Below are positions 32,168 to 41,230 of a stretch of 64,000 nucleotides of DNA, piece after piece (the stretch's first letter is position 1; the number at the start of each line of letters is the position of its first letter). Origin of the DNA: an uncultured virus (IMG/VR IMGVR_UViG_3300020558_000001) (lineage: Duplodnaviria; Heunggongvirae; Uroviricota; Caudoviricetes); the IMG/VR virus record IMGVR_UViG_3300020558_000001; one strand, written 5' to 3'. The notes beneath the pieces are model-generated. The model saw only the letters and a list, made by a program, of their open reading frames with translations, did not search any database and was not told the origin of the DNA. A program made the translations under genes and the position numbers.

Positions 32168-32988
32168 ACTTGTCTACCTAAAGTTGTTTGGAATGTTTGT
32201 ATAGCTGTATAATAATTTGTCATTTCAGACGATAACAAAGGTTCACCATAAAATGCAAATGCCATTTGTTGTGTGCTAAAATTAGTAATACTGCCTAAAT
32301 CATTATATGCACCAAGTGAAAATGTATTTACAGTTTCAGGACTTGAACTGCTTGCAGTTGTAGAACCAACTAAAATTGTTGAATTATTATTTACATACCA
32401 TTGTGTTGCTGTACTTCTTGAATGACCAATTAAACCTGTAACCCCACTAATATTTTCATTCCTATTTCCTGACCTAATATTTGAAGTAGTAGGCAATGAA
32501 TTAGTTACTCTAATCCAATAAATACCATTTCTCAATCCTGTTGATGCTTCAGTAGTATTTACTGCAAAAGTTGGATTTGTTCTTAAATAAACTCCATAAG
32601 ATTGTAAACCTGTTGTTGTTACATCATCTGTATTAAAAAATGTATTAGCGTAACCATTTGTACCATTTGGTAATGCACCATTAGCACTATGTGTCCAACC
32701 ACCATTAAATACCAACCTAAACGCTGCATTAGTATCTAAAGGATTTTTTAGGTTAAACTTGTGAGTAGTAGCAGTACCACCAACAAATGGATATATAGCT
32801 TTCATCTTAGTCCAAATACCATAGCCTTTCATATCAATTACTAATGTATTGATAGCATTTTTCTGAGTGTTATCTGTTATGCCTGCTGCCGTAATAAAAG
32901 TCTGTGCATCAGGGTCAAAAGATGACTTAGCTTTTATATAAGTTCCTATTTTAGAACTTGTATTTCCTGCTTTTATATATGCTTTCAT
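32164..32988 (-). CDS. Tail fibre/receptor-binding-like protein with probable beta-sandwich C-terminus
   Basis: DPDAQTFITAAGITD...AIYPFVGG...FQTTLGRQV; Thr/Ser/Gly-rich. Confidence 0.5.
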   Translation of the reverse strand: MKAYIKAGNTSSKIGTYIKAKSSFDPDAQTFITAAGITDNTQKNAINTLVIDMKGYGIWTKMKAIYPFVGGTATTHKFNLKNPLDTNAAFRLVFNGGWTHSANGALPNGTNGYANTFFNTDDVTTTGLQSYGVYLRTNPTFAVNTTEASTGLRNGIYWIRVTNSLPTTSNIRSGNRNENISGVTGLIGHSRSTATQWYVNNNSTILVGSTTASSSSPETVNTFSLGAYNDLGSITNFSTQQMAFAFYGEPLLSSEMTNYYTAIQTFQTTLGRQV

Positions 32989-33654
32989 CTATGCTTTAGT
33001 AATGTTTAAGTTAATAACTGCTGCTGTATTTACTGTAACTGTTATCTTGCTACCTACTGCAATAGTATTTGTAAGTGTATAAGCTGCCCCATCATCAAGT
33101 ATTGTAGTAGTAGGACTATTTAAAATATTGCTTATTGTGTTAATCTTTAAAGCATAAGGTGCATAAAAATCTACAGTAAGTGCATCCATTAACTCAATTG
33201 TATAAAGAATATTTGTTGACTCCCAAACAGCAGCACCTGTAGTATTATCAGTACATGTATAAGTATCTCCATTATCTAAAGACCATTTACTACCAACTAA
33301 ATAACCTAATGTTACATCATCAGTTACTGTAGGAGTTATATTAAAGTTATATAAAGACCATCTGATGTAGATGCCATTACCATCCATTACATACAATCTC
33401 CCTGCTTCCCACTTTAACTCATAACCAACAGCACAAATCTGAGCAATACCTTTACTTCCACCAAGCAATGCATCTATAGTACCTTCTCTGAGTCTTGAGC
33501 TATTATTAAACAAAACACCTTGTGTTGTATCAAACTGTATATCATTTGGTCCTGATGTATTACCATTTCCTAATACAGTTTCTAAATCACTAGAACCACT
33601 TCCTGCTTCATAGTAATCAAAATTTCCAGTAAATGGATTTAATTTATATGGCAT
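32989..33654 (-). CDS. Tail fibre-related structural protein
   Basis: 221 aa; LETVLGNGN and PTVTDDVTLGYLVGSKW...YTCTDNTTGAAVW fibre-type segments. Confidence 0.55.
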   Translation of the reverse strand: MPYKLNPFTGNFDYYEAGSGSSDLETVLGNGNTSGPNDIQFDTTQGVLFNNSSRLREGTIDALLGGSKGIAQICAVGYELKWEAGRLYVMDGNGIYIRWSLYNFNITPTVTDDVTLGYLVGSKWSLDNGDTYTCTDNTTGAAVWESTNILYTIELMDALTVDFYAPYALKINTISNILNSPTTTILDDGAAYTLTNTIAVGSKITVTVNTAAVINLNITKA

Positions 33655-33667
33655 AGTATTATGTTTA

Positions 33668-34933
33668 TTATCTGATTTCTCTAAATTTTACTGCTCCTCT
33701 ACATGCTTGTGTTCCACTTAAACTTTTCATAATTAAAGTAATTGTACCTAATGTTCTATGTGCACCTGCTTGATTTAATGTAATTGGATATCTTGAATTG
33801 ATTGCAGTATTAGTAACTGACTTTACACTTCCACTTGCAGGAACCCATCCACCATCTATTTTAACTGCATAAGCACCACTTAGTGTACCAGCTGTATTAT
33901 ATTCTGTACTTGAATAAGAAGCACTAACATCATTAAATGTAGTAGTACCTGTTAAATCTTGACCAATTACTAAATGCCATTCTACAGGTTGATTTCCTCC
34001 ATTATAAACTTCAACATCAATAAATGATACCCTTGACCTATTAGTTAATCCATTAAATAAGAGTTTAGGTCTTAAAGTTAATATATGAGTATTAGATGTT
34101 AAAACATTTACAGAACCACTCATTTGTTGAAATGTATATCCAAACTGATTAACATCATCAGTACCTCCTTCAGATATTACAGCAGAACAAAGAAAATACA
34201 TTGAAGTAGTTGCTGTTGCAGTACATGTCATTCCACATCTTACTGGTAAACTTGCATAAGCCAAATAAGGATGCAATATAAGATTTGAATGAACAAATTC
34301 ATGTGCATACACAATAACACCATCAATATCAAAACCTATTCTTACTCTACCTGCATACAATGCTTGTAAATCTATTACAAGTATTTGAACTTTATCTGTT
34401 GCTAATGTAACACCACTTGGACCAGTACCATCTAATTTATCTAAATTCCATTCTGATTGTAACTTAGTAATATTACCTTGTGATGTACTTGAATACAAAG
34501 TAAACTGTTTTTGTGAACCATCTAATTGATATTCTATACCATTAATACCATCAGAGTAACCTGCAAACTTTAAAACATTTGATACTCCCTCAACAAAATT
34601 AAATGTTATAAATATTAATTGTGATTTACCTGGTTGATATGGTAAGTATTCAAAGCTTTGCATATATGCTTTTCCACCTGTGGGAGTAGATAAAAAAGTA
34701 ATATCTGCATGTCTATTTGTAACATCATGAGATATACTTGCTCCACTTCCATTTGTTATTTGTTCATACAAAAGAGGTACAAGGTCATAAGTCAATTGTG
34801 CATTAAATAACGTAAGAGGATTTGAAATTCTTAACCTACTAAATGCATCAAAGTTTGGGGTATCAGAAAAACCAATATTTTGATAACTACCAACATTATC
34901 TAGTTTTCCTGTATAGGGATTAATTCTATACAT
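33668..34933 (-). CDS. Beta-rich virion structural protein (fibre/spike-associated)
   Basis: Start re-called to ATG 34933 (TAATG overlap with the upstream stop); DAFSRLRISNPLTLF...YQPGKSQ motifs. Confidence 0.6.
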   Translation of the reverse strand: MYRINPYTGKLDNVGSYQNIGFSDTPNFDAFSRLRISNPLTLFNAQLTYDLVPLLYEQITNGSGASISHDVTNRHADITFLSTPTGGKAYMQSFEYLPYQPGKSQLIFITFNFVEGVSNVLKFAGYSDGINGIEYQLDGSQKQFTLYSSTSQGNITKLQSEWNLDKLDGTGPSGVTLATDKVQILVIDLQALYAGRVRIGFDIDGVIVYAHEFVHSNLILHPYLAYASLPVRCGMTCTATATTSMYFLCSAVISEGGTDDVNQFGYTFQQMSGSVNVLTSNTHILTLRPKLLFNGLTNRSRVSFIDVEVYNGGNQPVEWHLVIGQDLTGTTTFNDVSASYSSTEYNTAGTLSGAYAVKIDGGWVPASGSVKSVTNTAINSRYPITLNQAGAHRTLGTITLIMKSLSGTQACRGAVKFREIR

Positions 34934-35220
34934 TATGTAGTAGTTATATTTGTACAATTGTTTCCAACATAAGTATAAGTCTGAGTAAATACAAGAGTAG
35001 CACCCTCATAGTATTCAGCAACAGTTACATTATTATTAGTATCATAAGTATAATCAATTGAATTACCTGGAGTAGTACTCCAATTAGCATATAATATAGT
35101 TGTATATAATAATTGAGTTACTTGTGTAAGTCTATTTATTGCTTCAATAGTAGCTGCACTACTTTCACAAGCACATTGTAATGCTCTATTTATTTGTTTG
35201 ATATCATCCCTGGTTCCCAT
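34933..35220 (-). CDS. Small structural protein
   Basis: Start re-called to ATG 35220 (MGTRDDIKQ) to avoid long overlap; C-terminal YTYD...YTY beta-hairpins. Confidence 0.55.
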   Translation of the reverse strand: MGTRDDIKQINRALQCACESSAATIEAINRLTQVTQLLYTTILYANWSTTPGNSIDYTYDTNNNVTVAEYYEGATLVFTQTYTYVGNNCTNITTT

Positions 35221-35437
35221 CTGTATTTTTATTTTTAAGTTTTTCAATAGTTCTTGAGATAGTATAAACACCCATATCAGCAAACATTGCAAGTAATATA
35301 GCTTCAGTAATAAATCCCTCATTACAAGGTTTAGAACTATATAGACAAGTTACAAATGCTATAGTAATTAGTACAGACCATAAAACAGTTCTTACAGGTC
35401 TTTGGTAATTCTTTATCAAAATTAATACTTTTTCCAT
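35204..35437 (-). CDS. Two-TM small membrane protein (holin candidate)
   Basis: Two hydrophobic helices and a basic C-terminus, 77 aa. Confidence 0.5.
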   Translation of the reverse strand: MEKVLILIKNYQRPVRTVLWSVLITIAFVTCLYSSKPCNEGFITEAILLAMFADMGVYTISRTIEKLKNKNTDGNQG

Positions 35438-35452
35438 AATTATTTTAATTTT

Positions 35453-37081
35453 TTAATATTCATCACAATCAATTAAAGTTAATCCTATTATTGAACTTCC
35501 ACCTGAACCAGCATCACAAGATACATCAGCTTTTAATGTTCCTGAAAAACAAAGAGTACAAACAACATCTTCAGTAACTACAGTAAGTCTTACTTTAATA
35601 ATTGCATCTATTTTTTTAAAAGCTCCAGGAGAACAAGTAGAAGATATTATTGCTGTATGAGATGGAGATAAACCTATTGAGTTACTTGTATTGTACACTA
35701 TAGGTGAACTTGTAGTAAGATGTGTAAGAGAACCTATACAAGGATTACAAGGAGAACCTGACATTCCAAAAGGATAGTGGTCAAATAATCCAAGAGATAC
35801 ATTTTGTAATTTATATTCAAATGTTGCAATGTTTGCATAATTTAATCCAAGTGAACCTAAGTTAGTCAATTGAAAATTAATATTATACAAAGCTCGCAGT
35901 TTAACTGATAATCCTACAAGTGTATTACTAATGCTTGACACAAACATTGAACTTAAAATATTAATTTCACCAAAGTCTACACAATCAAATCCATCTCCTC
36001 CAGGACCTGGGTCAGGTAATGGACAATCAATAGTTATACTATCAGTTGTAGTACAACCATTTGAATCAGTTATAATAACATAAATTTTATCTCCATTATT
36101 TACAGATTGACCTGGACTAAAAACACCTGGTGTTATTTGTGTAAAGTTCCCATAAGGACTTCCATTTATACTTCCTGTAACTGAATATGGTGCATTACCA
36201 CCTGAAGGAGTTAATGTTAATAATGCTTCTCCTGTGTTATTACCTAACCCATCAGTTAAACATTCAACTTCAAAATTAGATAAAATAGTAACTGTTTCAC
36301 AATCAAATGGACAACCTATAGTTCCTCTTTGTATAAGACTAACAGTTCCTAAACTATCTATTACATAAAATGAAAATGTAGTACCATTAGGTAAGTTTTG
36401 ACATAAATTTCCACCATCTAAAAGTATAGTACCATTTGGTACACCAACTACTGTGTATGGAGGAGTTCCACCTGATGCTTGAATACATAATGTACCTGTA
36501 TCATCTTCTTGACATTCATAAGCAGATGATATTAATAATGGGTCATAGTAACAAGTATCGTTATCTATTATAGCAATTGGATTATAGTTAACTGCATTAG
36601 GGTCTGTACAACCAGGAGTATATCGAATTTTATCATCCCAACTTCCTGTACACTTATCAGTATCAGTAACAACAACTTCTACATCACCCCCTACTGAACC
36701 ACTAAATAATAATATTGGTTCTAATGTCAATACATTAGCTACACTAGATACTAATTGAAAAACACTTGTATCATAAGTCCAACTATAAGAAATAGGCAAT
36801 ACAGCATTTGTTACACTAGCTGTAAATACAAAGTTATTATTTACTATAGTAACAACTACATTAACTACAATATTACATACAACTGTACTTGATGCTTCAC
36901 TACTTGTACATGGAAGATTAGAACCTTTTAAACAAGATAAATCAATAGGTGTACAATCTAATCTGTTAAGATAAGACTTGATAAAATTTTCATTAGATGT
37001 ATCATCAGAGCAAAGCATTCCAAATTTTCTTCGGAGTACTCTATCATACATTTCTTTGACTATGTTACAGTTCCATTTCAT
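35453..37081 (-). CDS. Cys-rich virion protein with SprB-like/Ig-like repeats (tail hub/adhesin)
   Basis: ASGGTPPYT, PSGGNAPYS and ITDSNGCT SprB-type segments plus GCTDPNAVNYNP...DTCYY; likely start ATG 37081, just past the upstream stop. Confidence 0.6.
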   Translation of the reverse strand: MKWNCNIVKEMYDRVLRRKFGMLCSDDTSNENFIKSYLNRLDCTPIDLSCLKGSNLPCTSSEASSTVVCNIVVNVVVTIVNNNFVFTASVTNAVLPISYSWTYDTSVFQLVSSVANVLTLEPILLFSGSVGGDVEVVVTDTDKCTGSWDDKIRYTPGCTDPNAVNYNPIAIIDNDTCYYDPLLISSAYECQEDDTGTLCIQASGGTPPYTVVGVPNGTILLDGGNLCQNLPNGTTFSFYVIDSLGTVSLIQRGTIGCPFDCETVTILSNFEVECLTDGLGNNTGEALLTLTPSGGNAPYSVTGSINGSPYGNFTQITPGVFSPGQSVNNGDKIYVIITDSNGCTTTDSITIDCPLPDPGPGGDGFDCVDFGEINILSSMFVSSISNTLVGLSVKLRALYNINFQLTNLGSLGLNYANIATFEYKLQNVSLGLFDHYPFGMSGSPCNPCIGSLTHLTTSSPIVYNTSNSIGLSPSHTAIISSTCSPGAFKKIDAIIKVRLTVVTEDVVCTLCFSGTLKADVSCDAGSGGSSIIGLTLIDCDEY

Positions 37082-37082
37082 A

Positions 37083-37934
37083 TTAGCAACCACAATTAGC
37101 ACATGATTCATTAGTACCTAACTCAGAGCACAATTTATTAAATATTGTGCACAATTCCTCACAATTACATCCACAATTTGAACCTTCAGTTAAAGCATAA
37201 TGTAGAAGAAATATATTAGTAGCTGTTTTATTACAGTTTAATATTTCTTCTAACTTGGTAGATACTTTACATTTAGTTTGACAATCAAAAAAGAAACAAT
37301 TTGATTCAGTAATTATATATCCATCAGTACTCTTAAAAGTAAGTGTAAATGAATAAATTCCATCAATAAAATTCATCAATGAAAAAAATGATGGTGCTAT
37401 ATATAGCATATAATTATTTACAAACATTCCTTCAATTGGAAAATAACCAAAGTATATTTCCTGAATATCAGTTGTTAGTTTAGTTGGAATTATATTTACA
37501 GGAAGGTCTGTAATTGTATATTGACAAGTATTTGCTACAGGGTCATAAATATAATTCTGAGTTACTGTTGTAGCAAAGTTAGTAGTAAAATAATTATCTA
37601 CTATTGTAAACAAATTAGTTATATCTCCTGTACTACACATATAAGTTGCAGCAGTAGTTTCTATTGGAATTGAAAACTGCTGGTGAGTAAAAATGTTTTC
37701 AAATACAAGTTGGTCTAAAAATACATTTGCATTAGTAGGAAACTGTAAAGTAAAAACACTACTGTCAATTTCATCTTCTCCTAAAGTATGAGTTACATTT
37801 TCATCACTACAACAACTTAATGTACCTGTAATTGTGAATGATGTATAGTTACTAGGATTTAAAATAAAGTCTGATATAGTATCAGACTTTATTTCTATGA
37901 ATTGACAATCTTCAGTTTTAGATAAGTACATCAT
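37083..37934 (-). CDS. Cys-rich structural protein (tail hub-like)
   Basis: 283 aa; DGIYSFTL and C-terminal CGCNC...CANCGC; synteny. Confidence 0.5.
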   Translation of the reverse strand: MMYLSKTEDCQFIEIKSDTISDFILNPSNYTSFTITGTLSCCSDENVTHTLGEDEIDSSVFTLQFPTNANVFLDQLVFENIFTHQQFSIPIETTAATYMCSTGDITNLFTIVDNYFTTNFATTVTQNYIYDPVANTCQYTITDLPVNIIPTKLTTDIQEIYFGYFPIEGMFVNNYMLYIAPSFFSLMNFIDGIYSFTLTFKSTDGYIITESNCFFFDCQTKCKVSTKLEEILNCNKTATNIFLLHYALTEGSNCGCNCEELCTIFNKLCSELGTNESCANCGC

Positions 37935-38383
37935 TATGGGTAAACTCTTACAGTTAAACTAATACTTAATGCACTATCTGCTACTGTTCTTGCCCCTGCA
38001 TTATCCATTGTAGCAGTAATAAACTTAAGTCTATTTGCAGTATCTCTAACGGCAGATGTTAATGCTATACTACCTGCTGGAGCTAAATCTGAACTTGTAA
38101 ATGATGTCAAAATAACTACTTTAGATGCAGTTGGAAATGCACCTGTAAGTGTAGCTAAATAAGTACCTGCTGCACTTCTTGTCCAAACTAATGTACCACC
38201 TAAAGTATTATTAAGTACAGTTGCAACTGGTGCTGCAGTACCTGTTTGAGTAACAGTAGCTGTATATTCTTTGTAAGTACCAACAGCAGTTTGAAGTGCA
38301 GCAATATCACTTCTTTGAGTTGAAGTGTATTGAAAAATCATTTGTTTAATCTTGTTGAAAAGATTTTTTGGTAAACCTGTCAT
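37934..38383 (-). CDS. Small virion fibre-like protein
   Basis: YTATVTQTGTAAPVATVLNNTLGG...IRVYP-type C-terminus (VRVYP). Confidence 0.5.
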   Translation of the reverse strand: MTGLPKNLFNKIKQMIFQYTSTQRSDIAALQTAVGTYKEYTATVTQTGTAAPVATVLNNTLGGTLVWTRSAAGTYLATLTGAFPTASKVVILTSFTSSDLAPAGSIALTSAVRDTANRLKFITATMDNAGARTVADSALSISLTVRVYP

Positions 38384-38407
38384 TTTAATTAATATTAAAA
38401 GTTAAAT

Positions 38408-38438
38408 AAAAAAAGGAGAGAGGATTACTCTCTCCTTG
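38408..38438 (-). terminator. Intrinsic terminator after 38444-39586
   Basis: Minus strand AAGGAGAGAG-TAATC-CTCTCTCCTT followed by a T-run. Confidence 0.8.
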
Positions 38439-38443
38439 TTATT

Positions 38444-39586
38444 TTATAGACCACAATCGCAATCTGCAAGAGGAGTTGTAAGACCAGGGAAGTTATCTAC
38501 TACCCAAGCATCTAAAATTGGAAGCAAATCTCCAAGCAAATCATTATCTGCAGTACAAGGTACAGCAATAATAGTATTGATATAGTTTTTGTATTCTTCC
38601 CAACCACCTACACTTTCATTTCTATACATCAAGTTTACTTGATTGTATTGACCTGAATTAGTAGACAATCTTCTGAATGAACCAAGAGGAATACCTGCAA
38701 GTTCACCTACTCTATAAGGACCAGGTTGACCATTATATCCACCAGCTTCATATTCCAACCATCCAATATCTTTACCTTGACCATTACCAAAAGCAGGTTC
38801 TTGGAAAGTTACAGAAGTTGCACCACAATTAAGAGGTTCAAGCAAAGATGTAATCATCTTAAATTGAATCATCTTGTAGTAACGAGCAGGAATCTGACAG
38901 TAAGTATAAACTTTAGAAGGAATACTTGTAAGACGTACACCAAGACAAGCACCAGGATTATCAATAATCCATTGAGCTACATCATCAGGTGCAACTACTA
39001 CAGGAAGCAATGGGTCAGTATAATCTACAAACTCAGCTTTGATAATACCATCAGTATCAACATTAACTGCAGTAACAAGAAGTTGAGCAAGTTCATTACA
39101 ATCACCTGTTGGGCAATCACAATCAGGGCCACAACATCCAGTAGTTACAGAGAATGTTTTAGAGAACTGATTAAAGCCAAACATTTGATATGCTTGTGAG
39201 TTACCTCTAAACTCTACTTTAAAAGAATAGGTAGTTTCACAATTGACATTTGAGAAATTGTAAATGTCAACAATGTGTGGTGCTTCAGCTTCATAACAAC
39301 TTAGTGAGTAAGCTGTCATACCTGACCTTTGAATATGTGTAGCTGCTGATACAATAATATCATCAGCGGTACCATCTGCATCTGTATCAATGTTTGTTGC
39401 AATAAAGATATTTCTTTTACCTACAACAGTTGAACTATTAACAGAAAGACCAGTTTCATAATCAAATACACCAAATGTTCCCAATGGATTACTAAGCAAA
39501 CTAGTCACAGGTAAACCAGCAGCTAATACAGCTCCATCACCATCTTGACCAACAAGCACTTGAAAAACAGGATTATTTGCACTCAT
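38444..39586 (-). CDS. Auxiliary capsid/structural protein (crAss capsid module)
   Basis: 380 aa; followed by its own terminator; third gene downstream of MCP as in crAss-like phages. Confidence 0.6.
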   Translation of the reverse strand: MSANNPVFQVLVGQDGDGAVLAAGLPVTSLLSNPLGTFGVFDYETGLSVNSSTVVGKRNIFIATNIDTDADGTADDIIVSAATHIQRSGMTAYSLSCYEAEAPHIVDIYNFSNVNCETTYSFKVEFRGNSQAYQMFGFNQFSKTFSVTTGCCGPDCDCPTGDCNELAQLLVTAVNVDTDGIIKAEFVDYTDPLLPVVVAPDDVAQWIIDNPGACLGVRLTSIPSKVYTYCQIPARYYKMIQFKMITSLLEPLNCGATSVTFQEPAFGNGQGKDIGWLEYEAGGYNGQPGPYRVGELAGIPLGSFRRLSTNSGQYNQVNLMYRNESVGGWEEYKNYINTIIAVPCTADNDLLGDLLPILDAWVVDNFPGLTTPLADCDCGL

Positions 39587-39601
39587 TTTTTAATTTAAAT
39601 T

Positions 39602-40327
39602 TTAATTGTTCAAAAGATTAATTTTGTCTTGTTTAATTTGATAATCAGGTATTTGAATTTGCCCTGTGGCAATCAAAACTGCTAAGTCTACAATTTCTCT
39701 ATGAGTATGTTCAGGTAACTCACAATTCTGAAATCCCACTAAAGGAGTTCCATTTGGTAAATTATAAGTTCCCCCTACATAATCTTGAGCATTCTGTATA
39801 TAAGCAGGCTTCTTAAGATAATTAAACTCACATATAGATTCTACAATAAAGGTTCCATCACTAAATACTCTAAGTCCATTTTTAAAAAATCTTACAGTCA
39901 CTTCTCTCCACTCAAATGAACTTGAATCAAAAGGAGATTCTTCATGCAAGTCATCATGTTGTTTAACATATAATCTTGCTCTTTGATTCTCACAATCTCC
40001 TTTAGATATACAGGCATAGCCTGAAATAAAAAACATATAGTCAGCAGGTAATGCAGCTTGAAATGAATTATCCTGCGTATTAAAATTTGAAATAACCAAA
40101 GGAGTTAGACTATCTACAACAATAGTTCTTACATCATCTATACTCCTTTGGTTTACTTCAAATCCATATCCATTTTTAATGCGAGGTTGAGCAATCTTCT
40201 TAATAAATACTTCTTGTGCTTCATTGAGCAGCCAGTCAATTTCAGGAACTCTAAGGTTTCTAAATTGCTGTGAATCTACTTTATTAAGTTTGACTTTTAA
40301 GTCATAATGCATTGCTCTAACATCCAT
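39602..40327 (-). CDS. Head-tail ring protein
   Basis: LNKVDSQ...EIDWLLNEAQ...YLKKP...CELPEHTHREIVDLAV motifs typical of crAss ring proteins. Confidence 0.7.
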   Translation of the reverse strand: MDVRAMHYDLKVKLNKVDSQQFRNLRVPEIDWLLNEAQEVFIKKIAQPRIKNGYGFEVNQRSIDDVRTIVVDSLTPLVISNFNTQDNSFQAALPADYMFFISGYACISKGDCENQRARLYVKQHDDLHEESPFDSSSFEWREVTVRFFKNGLRVFSDGTFIVESICEFNYLKKPAYIQNAQDYVGGTYNLPNGTPLVGFQNCELPEHTHREIVDLAVLIATGQIQIPDYQIKQDKINLLNN

Positions 40328-40336
40328 GATTTAAAT

Positions 40337-41140
40337 CTAGTTAAGTTTCTCAAGGATTCTTGCTTTGATTTCCTGATTCTGAGGATTAGTAAAATACTCA
40401 GTAACATCATCAATGCTATGTCCAAGAATGTCTGACATATAATAAATACCACTACCTTCTTTGGTAAGTATATTTTTATATAATGCTTCTACTACCATTC
40501 CTTTTATATACAAGTAATTTTTATCAGCTTTAGAAAGTTTCAATAAGTCATTGATAAACTCTCCTTCTATAATCTCACCAATTTTAACATCTATATATTC
40601 ATTAGATTGTTTTCTTACTGATGTATCAAGAATAATCTGTATAAGAGCTACTTTTTGTTCCTTAGTAAGTTTGTCAACAATTTTATATGCTTCCTTTTTC
40701 TTATTAAGTCTGTGAGCTTCAATTTCAATGTGTTCACCTTCATCATAAAGAATGTGAGTTGCTAAAGGCCACAAACCATCTTGATATTCCTTTTCTGAAT
40801 TAGCTACAAATGGTGAAGCTTTATAATTCTTTACTCTAATAAAATCCAATGGTTTAGTAATGTCAAGGATTAGAGTGCTATTAGGAAATTTAAGATGAGC
40901 AGTTTTAGTACTCCAATATGGGTGAGGTTGATTAGGATTAAAAGTATCACTTAAATCTACTCCCATCAATCCACCATACTGTTTAATTTCTTCTTCTGAA
41001 AGTCCAGTATCATATCTACCTGTTTGAGCATTATATAATACTTGTGAACTATGTTCTTGGGTAAATGAATCTTTACCTGTTTTTCCATGCCATTTCTTTA
41101 TTTCAATTGGCCTAATTTCTACAATGTTTGCATTTCTCAT
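40337..41140 (-). CDS. Conserved crAss-like capsid-module protein
   Basis: 267 aa immediately downstream of MCP. Confidence 0.55.
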   Translation of the reverse strand: MRNANIVEIRPIEIKKWHGKTGKDSFTQEHSSQVLYNAQTGRYDTGLSEEEIKQYGGLMGVDLSDTFNPNQPHPYWSTKTAHLKFPNSTLILDITKPLDFIRVKNYKASPFVANSEKEYQDGLWPLATHILYDEGEHIEIEAHRLNKKKEAYKIVDKLTKEQKVALIQIILDTSVRKQSNEYIDVKIGEIIEGEFINDLLKLSKADKNYLYIKGMVVEALYKNILTKEGSGIYYMSDILGHSIDDVTEYFTNPQNQEIKARILEKLN

Positions 41141-41185
41141 AATTTACTTTTTTAAATATTTCAATTTAATTATTTACTTATAAAT

Positions 41186-41211
41186 AAAAGGGGAGGGATG
41201 CTCCCCTTTTA
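41186..41211 (-). terminator. Intrinsic terminator after MCP
   Basis: AAAAGGGGAG-CATCC-CTCCCCTTTT then a T-rich tail on the minus strand. Confidence 0.8.
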
Positions 41212-41230
41212 CTAAAACTATTTATGACAA

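Noticed and set aside
32164..37934. Diversity-generating retroelement targeting fibre genes
   Set aside because: No reverse transcriptase gene and no TR/VR repeat pair seen in the window.
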